Of a DNA stretch of 64,000 nt, positions 55,213 through 64,000 are shown in pieces. Each line of letters opens with the position of its first letter. The first letter of the stretch is position 1. The notes below the pieces were generated by a model. That model ran no database searches and was not told the origin of the DNA. It saw nothing but the letters and a program-made list of their open reading frames with translations. This stretch comes from the human T2T-CHM13v2.0 reference genome, Homo sapiens. A program made the translations under genes and the position numbers. The stretch lies in the NCBI RefSeq assembly GCF_009914755.1, contig NC_060933.1; one strand, given 5' to 3'.

Positions 55213-56199
55213 CCAATCATAGTTTTGGTTCTGAGGCTCTGATGCAACACTTGAAAAATAGTTATTGGGTTTATTGGCATTTGATACCTCACTGTGTACG
55301 GAGAAACAAGCATGTTTACATTGGAAAGAATGGCTTCCTTGCCTGAATGGCTCTGATAGCCAAGCTTCTGCTTTCTCAGTGTCCACAAATTGTAACCATT
55401 AGTAAGGCATTCATTAAAAAGTGGAATGCTGGCACAGAGTGCTTTTTCTTTTCACTACGCAATTGTATATCTGTGCCAGCAAATCTACTTATTATTATTT
55501 TGTTTGGTTGCAATTTCACCTCCCACACCACAACATATGGTAAACATTTGATGATTCTTGAAGATTCTTTATTAACTTCTCCAATAACCTTTTTCATCCC
55601 CTAGATGATAGGTCTTTTGGAAAAGGCCAATCAGATGTGACTGTCGAGGTGGCTTGACAATATCCTTCTGGATGGTTTTAATAATAGTATTTTGTTTTCT
55701 TAAGAACAGCACTTTATAGTGAATTAAAAAAAAAACGCTGCCATGACTTTTTTGGCTGGCTGTGTTTTAAATGGGCTGTCCTGTGTGTGTGTACATCATT
55801 AATACAACCCCTTGGCTGGGAGGTGGGTGTGTATCAAGACAATTGGATGATGGACTGGATACTTACTTTCTCACAATTGGGCATTTTATATTAGGTAGAT
55901 CAGAGTCCTAAAAGCCCTCTTGTTTCATTATTGCGTATATTTTTCCTTGTGGGGATTTTAAAGAATTTGATGGTATAGTCAGAGATAATGTAAAAAGCAA
56001 TGTCTGGTAATAATTTATTAATGTGATTAGTTCTATGGAAGACTCAGGGAACAATTACTTTTAGGGGGTCCATTGGGTATAGGTGTGTAAGTGGATAGAA
56101 GAAGGGGTGCTCATGTTGTCAGTGATTGTGGTAAAAGCTATGTTGTACCAAGGGAGTCTTAACATTTCATTCATGATTGAAAGTAATCAAGAAAAGCTG

Positions 56200-56660
56200 G
56201 TGTTTCAGTCAGGATTCATTTGGTTATAAATGATGACAAAACAAATCAGACTGTCTTTAAAAAAGATAACATTTATTGACACATGTAATTGAAAATTCTA
56301 GTTCTTCAGGCATAGTTGAATCCAGGTGCTCAAATCATGTTACCACGTTGGAGTCACTCTAAGGAATGCTTTTTCTAAATGGTAGTAAAGAAGGTCTCTG
56401 GCAACTCAAGGCTTTTGTAGCTCTTACAACTTAACATTTTAGAGAACCCAGAATACATTCTTTTCTAAAAGCTTCAGCAAAATTCCTGGAGGTTATTCTC
56501 ATTGGGCTTATTTAGGTCATTTAATTATCCCCAAACCATTAACTGTGGCCAGAAGGAGGATGTGTTCTAATTATCCAGGTCTGGGCAATATTCTTAGCCC
56601 TGGAACTGAGAGGTAAGGTCAACTCCAAGTGTTGATTAAAAATGGTGGCAGAGTGGTTTC
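56200..56660 (-). mobile_element. Old MLT1 (J/K/L-like) LTR
   Basis: TCAGTCAGGATTCATTTGGTT...CTTCAGGCATAGTTGAATCCAGGTGCTCAAA...ACTGTGGCCAG. Confidence 0.6.
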
Positions 56661-58787
56661 TTTCAGGAGAGCTTCAAGACCTGTTTCATTACGATTGCTT
56701 ATTAGTCTTCTGGGATCCTAGGAGCAAAGAGTGGGATGCTTCCTGAATAGAGATTTGGGTGGGAAATTTGAATCGAGACCCATTTTGCCATTTTCACTAA
56801 ATGATCATGAGCGGGTACTTTCTCTCATGGGGTCTGAGATTCCTTATTTGTAAAGTGAAGAGCTTGGATGAGGTGATTCTGATAATCCTATCTGGCTCAA
56901 AGCTTCTACAGTTTTCTCTTTACCCTTGCTAGAAGGATTATTGTAAACATCCAGGGGGAAAAAGTATGTAATGTGCTCCAAACTGGAGGGATTTCTGACT
57001 CTCATGTTGATGGTGATGATGATGACAGCAGTCCTGCACTCTATTAGAAACAGCCCCCGGTCCTCACTGCTCTCAGAGACTCTGCTTTAGAGCTCTTCCT
57101 CTCACTTTCCCCAACGCTCATCAGCAATGCTGGCAAGACACATTCTGGCTGCTGTAAGGTCACTGGGATAAATGGGAAGGTTGGCCGATTGCCTGAAAAT
57201 GAGTTTGGCTTAAAAGTTTCTTGCCCAAGAAATGGAAAGAAAAAACCTGCTGGGATAGCCAAGGGGAAAGAGAAGAGTGAGTGACCTCTTTATAAAGAAC
57301 TGCAGCCCTGGAAATCTGACTAATGGCTGAAGAGGGTACGTGATGATAACTCACAGCGGCCACTTGGATTTAATTATAGCAACATTTGCAGACAATAAGT
57401 GGGTCTTGAGTGAAGCCTGCCTATGATATGGCAGTGACAAAAGCTAATCTGGATTTCTAGCCAAAAGGATGGATGAGAAATGACTTGGGAACATTTCCTG
57501 TAGAATATTTTTGTTGTTGTTGTTATCACCATGGCCAAATATTTATTAAGGTTCTTGGGGTGAAGATGGTACTGTTCTAAATTGTGGAAAGAGAAGTGGA
57601 CTTGGAATTAGAAAACCTGGGTTTACTTCTGGAGATTTTACTTATTCACTGGATCTCATTTTCATTATTTCAAAATAGAAGCTGTGTTCTTTGCGGTCTT
57701 GAAAATTAGTAATTTTGAGACTACAGGTTCGGCTAAGGTACGTTCTAGTTTTTAAAACATTCTCTGGTTTTTAAACTTCTCTTGCTTACATATAATAAAA
57801 GAAGATAAGAGTCTTGACTTTTAGGTACTCCTAATAAAAAGGACTCATAGAGAATGTAGTAGAAAAATTAAAATTCTTAATAATAAGCTGTCAATAGGAT
57901 CCTAGGAGAAAAATCATGGTCTGAACAGTAAAGTCAAACATTTTTCCAACTTGCTTTCTGTTTATTGAGTATTTATATGTCAGCAGTGTGTTTGGTAATT
58001 TATGTACAGATCAATACTGTGGGGTAGGTTTTACTAAACCTGTTTTAAAGGTGAGGTTACTGAAGGTCAGATAGGTTGAATAATTTGCTCAAAAAATTAT
58101 AGTTTTTAGAATGAACATTAATAAATTTCTAATCTCAAAATTAACTTTCAAGGCTACAAAAAACAAAGCTCTTCACTTTGCAAATGATGAAAATGAGGCT
58201 AAGTGAATAAGGAGGAACTCTGGAAATGAACGCAGGTTTTCTAGCTCCAAGTCCAATAGGTAAACTTATGAGGGGTGGAGTGGGAATTCAGGTCTGTCTG
58301 AACCAAGGGTTGCTCTCCTAGCACTATGCTATACTTTGGCTCTGTTTCTTTCTCCTTACCGCCTCTCTAGGTCTCGTTAAATGCAGGCAGCTTGGGAGTT
58401 TCTGGTCTTAGAAACCATCCTCTAGAAGTAGGTTTCTGCCTGGTATCTGGAATGTTTGAAATCCAAGCTTTGAGAATAGTGAAGGCAAGGCTCTTCTGCA
58501 GTTACACAGAGTGTGGAAGCGTCTGGGGAATGGGACCCTAGAGGATGTGGAGTATTGCGGTTAGTAGCTTGCAGTCAGCTAGCACTGCAAGAATATTGGT
58601 TGGTGAGGATGTTTGCTCCTTTTCTCTTTCAAACAAACGCCATTTTCTTACGTGCAATGGAGTTGTGCCTTCCAAGAGGATGGTCTTAAAGGGATTCTGA
58701 TTATATCTCATATCTCTGTAGTATTCATGACCATTAAATGATTATTTTCCTTTGGCTGAATAATGCCTTGTGAAAGAGCTCAATCAC

Positions 58788-59299
58788 TGTATCAGTTAAC
58801 TTTTTCTGCTTATAAACCTTTCCAAATTTAATGGCTTAAGCAATAAACATAGATTTAGATTATGATTCTATGGATCAGCAGCTCAGGCTGGACTCGGGTA
58901 ATTCTTCTGGTCTTGGATTGCCTCAGTCTTACATCTACTACCAATCACCTGGGTGGCTTTCTTTTGGGGACTAGTGGGCCATTGGCTGGAGAAATGGGGG
59001 CAGCTAGGTCATATGTCTTTCATCGTCAAGCAGGATAACCCGGGCTTGTTTACTTGACGTTTGGACAGGATTTCAAGAGAGAGAGGAGAACTGTGCAAGT
59101 TCTCTTGAGTATCAAAACTGTCTTAACATTACTTTTGCTGCATTCTATTTGCTGAAACAAGCCACAAAACCCACCCTGATTAAACAAGTTGGGAAATAGC
59201 TTTCATCTTTTGATGGGAGCAGTTGCAAAGATACATTGCAAAGGAGAATTCATACAGAAAAGCACTCTGTTGTGTCAATTTTTGTGAACAGTCTACCAC
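58788..59299 (-). mobile_element. MLT1 (G/H-like) MaLR LTR
   Basis: TGTATCAGTTA...AATGGCTTAAGCAATAA...GTCTACCACA. Confidence 0.75.
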
Positions 59300-59931
59300 A
59301 CCCATTCCTATTGATATTGAGCTGATGAATGACCACATAGATGTCACAGTTGCTATAGAATAATAGCACCCTGCAATAGAAAATAGGGCATTGTCTTCAG
59401 TGAATAGATGGAGCTTTCATTGCAGATTTTTGTCCTTTCTCATTTCAGAAGGAATTTGGGGGGGCTTGCAGAGATTCATGTAGCAGGACAAGGTCAAAGA
59501 GAAAATAGAAGGCTTAGGAGCCAGGAGCATAGTTAGTATGAGAATACACAATTTCTTGTATAGTGGCTAGAGGTGGTCTACACATTTGCATCTGGTCTCC
59601 TCATAGCCAAAGTACAGAGGAGAACATGATCAGTTGTATGAACAATGGTATCCATAAGAGAAAAGGAGTCTAGCATCTCAGTTCAGTGTTTGGTGTGACA
59701 GGTCAGAGTTGGTATGAGTGTAGCTTAGGGAGGGAGCTTTTCTTTGAGCCTCATGGGAAAACTTGTGGGGTAAAATGGACTAAGCAAAATTTGAAAAGAG
59801 GCTGAATCAGGGTACTCCAAGTCAATATGTATATATTGAGTATATTTGATAATAACTAAAGCTCACAGTCACATTTTAAAAGTTGTAGGTGCTTTACAAG
59901 TTCAAAAGATCTAGTGCATCATCATCTTTTT

Positions 59932-60955
59932 TGTTGTGGGAAGTCAGGGACCCCAGATGGAGGGACTGGCTGGAGCCAAAGCAGAGGAACATAAATTGTG
60001 AAGATTTCATATTAATATGGACATTTATCAGTTCCCAAATAATACTTTTATAATTTCTTATGCCTGTCTTTAATCTCTTAATCCTGTTATCTTTGTAAGC
60101 TGAGGATGTACGTCACCTCAGGACCACTGTGATAAGTGTGTTAACTGTACAAATTGATTGTAAAACATATGTGTTTGAACAATATGAAATCAGTGCACCT
60201 TGAAAAAGAACAGAATAACAGCAATTTTTATGGAATGAGGGAAGACAACCATAAGGTCTGACTGCCTGCGGGGTCTGGCAAAAAGAGCCATATTTTTCTT
60301 CTTGCAGAGAGCCTATAAACAGACGTGCAAGTAGGAAAGATATCGCTAAATTCTTTTCCTAGCAAGGAATATTAATATTAATACCCTGGGAAAAGAATGC
60401 GTTCCTAGGGGGAGGTCTATGAACGGCCACTCTGGGAATGTCTGTCTTGTGCAGTTGAGATAAGGACTGAGATACTCCCTGGTCTCCTGCAGAACCCTCA
60501 GGCTTACTAGGGTGGGGAAAAACTCCGCCCTGGTAAATCTGTGGTTAGACCGGTTCTCTGCTCTCGAACCCTGTTTTCTGTTGTTTAAGATGTTTATCAA
60601 GACAATATGTGCACTGCTGAACATAGACCCTTATCAGTGGTTCTGCTTTTGCCCTTTGCCTTGTGATCGTTGTTAGACCCTTATTAGTAGTTCTGCTTTT
60701 TGACCTTTGAAGCTTGTGATCTTTGTACCTACTCCCTGTTCTTACACCCCCTCCCCTTTTGAAACCCTTAATAAAAACTTGCTGGCCTGAGACTCAGGCA
60801 GGCATCAAAGTCCTACCGATACGTGATGTCACTCCCGGCGGCCCAGATGTAAAATTCCTCTCTTTATACTGTCTCTCTTTATTTCTCAGCCAGCTGACAC
60901 TTATGGAAAATAGAAAGAACCTACGTTGAAATACTGGGGGTGGGTTCCCCCAATA
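59932..60955 (+). mobile_element. MER11 (HERV-K11/HML-8) solo LTR
   Basis: TGTTGTGGGAAGTCAGGGACCCC start; GGGTTCCCCCAATA end; AATAAA ~60770; 6-bp TSD CTTTTT (59926-59931, 60956-60961). Confidence 0.93.
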
Positions 60956-60961
60956 CTTTTT

Positions 60962-61252
60962 TTTTTTTTTTTTGAGACAGAGTCTCGCTCTGTCACCCAG
61001 GCTAGAGTGCAATGACACAATCTCGGCTCACTGCAAGCTCTGCCTCCCGGGTTCATGCCATTCTGCCTCAGCCTCCTGAGTAGCTGGGACTACAGGTGCC
61101 CGCCACCATGCCCGGCTGATTTTTTGTATTTTTAGTAGAGACAGAGTTTCACCGTGTTAGCCAGGGTGGCCTCGATCTCCTGACCTTGTGATCCGCCCCA
61201 CCTTGGCCTCCCAAAGTGCTGGGATTACAGGTGTGAGCCACTGCACCCAGCC
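60962..61252 (-). mobile_element. AluY
   Basis: GCAAGCTC, GCCATTCT and GTGTTAGCCAGG diagnostics; TSD TCATCTTTTT (59922-59931, 61253-61262). Confidence 0.95.
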
Positions 61253-62997
61253 TCATCTTTTTATTGGCACTAACAATGAGATAAGTAGGGAAGATATTAT
61301 AATATAACCCTTATTTAACACATAAGGAAACTCAGAGAGGTCAAGTGACTTGCTCAAGGTCATATGGTATAATAATACATGTTGTCTAACTTCTGTGACA
61401 CTGAGTTGTGTCAGAAATATTGGATGAGATGCTTTGGAAGATACAGAGGAGTGGCATGGTCTCAAACTATGAAATCTTCAGGGAGGAAAAGACTTAATAA
61501 TGGTAAAAATAAGAATAAAAGTGCTTTTATCTTGCCTTCTTTTTTATATGTATTATTTCTGTTAATCTTTGCGCAGCCTCTTTGAGTTATTATTTCCATT
61601 TTACAGATGCTAACCAGAGGCTCAAAGAGTATAAAAACTTGACTATCTTTTCCAAGATGGTAGTGGCAATGTTGGTTTGTAATCCCAGGTCTCTCTTAGA
61701 TCAAATTCTGGAGACTTCCCACTAATGGATGCTGGCTGAGACACAGGTACACTTGATATTAGTAGGGGACACTATAAGATAGTGTATAACAATATGCAAA
61801 TAGAGTCTTAGGAAATCAGAAGAAGCAGAGGCCAGGACAAATGATCTTCACAGGAGAGAATTCAAGAAGGAACACAGAATTCGCCAACACTCAAAGGATT
61901 GACAATGATGCCCATGGGAACAGAAGGCCAAAGTGTAGGCCAGGCAGGGGAATGGCACCAGGATAGTGGGTGATGTGCGTTCAGAGTAACCATGGATGAG
62001 CATTACTTTTTAAAATTTATTCAACTTATTGAATGAAGACTTATTGAGAACTAATGGTGAAAACAAAGATGAATTAGATCTGACCTGGCCCTCAAAAAAC
62101 TCGAGATAAACATCAAAAACCATAAGGAAGGTTGTGGGAACTGAGGTGAAGGAAGTACTGGTTAGCCAAATAGTGATAAAATTGTCAGGATGAGGATCTT
62201 GAGCTTGATTTTATTGAGATAAGGAAGAAAGAAAACACACATACAAACGAAAACAAAAAGAATAAAAGAGAAAAACCTGTATGTAAATATAAGTATTCTG
62301 TAAGTCAGATGACAAGTGTAAGGAGAAAACAGTCTTAACGTCAACTATTGAATAGTCTGAATTCGATTATTGAATAGACTAACAACAGTCTTAATGTCAA
62401 CTCTGCTAGCTGAGTGTCCCGAAGAGGCTACAGGTCCAGATACTAGGCCAAACTGTGGCAGAGAGTTCGAGAATCTTGAATGCAGGAGATGGCTGCAGAT
62501 TTCCTTGGCACCATCATGAGCCTTGGCCTGAAAACAATAGTTAGAGCTAAAATATGTATTTATGTGACTTTCTTAAAAAAAAGTCACATTGTTTTCTCTG
62601 ATAGATGTAATATATGTGCATTGTAAAAAAATTTTTTAATACAGAAAAGAACAAAGGTAAAAATCATTCATAACTATACCATCCAGAGAGGAACATTGTG
62701 AACCTTTTAAAGAGCTCCCTCTAGACATTTTTCCTAGTCATGTGTCTTATATAGCTGTATTCATCTATTTCCTCTTATGTGTGGTTTAGAGAGTGATAGC
62801 TCAATCCTTGCCCTTATCTCTGAAAACTTTTTTAGGAGTCTTAGACGTGGAATCACTTGGTTTCGTTAAGGATAGTCTTATTACTAAAATTATTTCTAGG
62901 AAAGGTTTAGCAATTTTTACTCTCACCATATATGAGAATGCTCATCTTAATGCACCGTTGCCAGTCTTGAGTTGTATCATTAAAAATAAATCTATTC

Positions 62998-63395
62998 CCC
63001 AAACCCCATAAACCCAGTATAATCATGCATCAGGCAAATCCAAGAGGGAGACATTCTACAAAATACCTGATTAGTGCTCCTCAAAACTGTCAAAGTCATC
63101 AACAACAAGGAAAATCTGAAAAACTGTCACAGCCAAGAGGAGCCTAAGGAGACATGATAACTACATGCAATATGGTCTCCTGGATGGGATCTGGGAACAG
63201 AAATGTTAGGTCAAATCAAGGAAATCTGAATATGGAGTTAATAAATAATAGTGTATCAATATTGATTAATAATTTGTCTCAAGTTTACCATACTAATGGA
63301 AGATGCTTATAATAGGGGAAACTGGGTGTGGGATGTATCTTCACAATTTTTCTGTAAATTTAAAGGTGTTCTAAACTAAGTTTATTAAAAAATAA
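62998..63395 (+). mobile_element. L1MC-type 3' end fragment
   Basis: CAAAACTGTCAAAGTCATC...CAGCCAAGAGGAGCCTAAGGAGAC; same family as ~3690-4080. Confidence 0.8.
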
Positions 63396-63589
63396 AGCAT
63401 GCACACAAGCAAAAGTGTAACAAATGAAGTCACTGATGTGAACAGATAACTATGACTGCATTTCTGAAATTTGCTAATATTGCTAGTCTATACCTAACAT
63501 AATGATTTGTGATCTCTAAGGTTTTCTTGAAATAACCAGAGATCACAGATGAAATTGCAGAAGATAATCATATATAATACATATTAGGT

Positions 63590-63830
63590 TGAAAGTATGG
63601 TGCTTAAGAACATAGAGACTGGAATCAGAATGCCTCAGTTTAAACCCTGGTTCTATTATTTACCAGCTCTATGATCTTGGGTTAGTTATCTCATTAATCT
63701 GTGCCTTGGTTTTTGAGTCTGTAAACTAATGATAAAATACTTCAGTGGGTTTCTCTGAGAATAAAATATGTTGATATTTGTACAACAATGCCAGGCAGTT
63801 AGTGCTATAAAAATGTTTAATAGTGAGAAA
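63590..63830 (+). mobile_element. MIR, followed by an antisense L2 3' end (~63850-64000)
   Basis: CTTAAGAACATAGAGACTGGAATCAGA...CTGTAAA; then AAACATTTATTGAGCACC...CCTGCCCTCAAGGAG. Confidence 0.75.
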
Positions 63831-64000
63831 AAAATAAGTCTGTTAATTTACTTATGGTACAAACATTTATTGAGCACCCCTGTGTACCAGGCATTATGTT
63901 AAGTGTTAAGGACAATTGTGAAAAAGAGAGACAATGCTCCTGCCCTCAAGGAGTTTACTGTTTAATTGGCATAGAGAGACAATAAACAAACAAGTAATTT

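Noticed and set aside
55625-55634. CCAAT box GGCCAATCAG
   Set aside because: Isolated, with no CpG island or other promoter evidence.
60620-60722. ~50-bp internal duplication
   Set aside because: As I recall it, an intrinsic feature of MER11 LTRs rather than locus-specific.
62562-62589. 10-bp perfect inverted repeat ATGTGACTTT...AAAGTCACAT
   Set aside because: Too short for a pre-miRNA or MITE; plausible by chance or a local template switch in AT-rich DNA.

Overview
Primate (most likely human) non-coding genomic DNA. It is CpG-depleted, has no CpG island, and carries a dense, nested set of interspersed repeats. These include about ten dimeric Alus (J, S and Y types) plus two monomers, a ~6.3 kb near-full-length L1PA with disrupted ORF1/ORF2, and shorter L1PA, L1PB and L1M pieces. 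There are also solo LTRs (MER11, MER4, MER21/77-like, LTR16, MST, MLT1), DNA transposons (MER5, MER33, MER45), MIR/L2 relics and microsatellites. I see no supportable protein-coding exon, RNA gene, CRISPR array or novel gene system; the recognisable ORFs are repeat-derived and the rest are short and motif-free. The most interesting signals are DNA-repair and insertion scars. (1) A ~127-bp insertion in an L1 3' UTR contains a 91-bp copy of sequence ~1 kb away, flanked by snap-back micro-templated segments. (2) A 61-bp dispersed direct repeat sits near a 39-bp tandem duplication. (3) A 19-bp duplication encloses patchwork filler. (4) A MER11 LTR landed inside an AluY target-site duplication (TSD). 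There is also one strong CTCF-like motif and several candidate enhancer motif clusters. Repeat subfamily names come from recalled consensus similarity, not a database search, and boundaries of old repeats are approximate.
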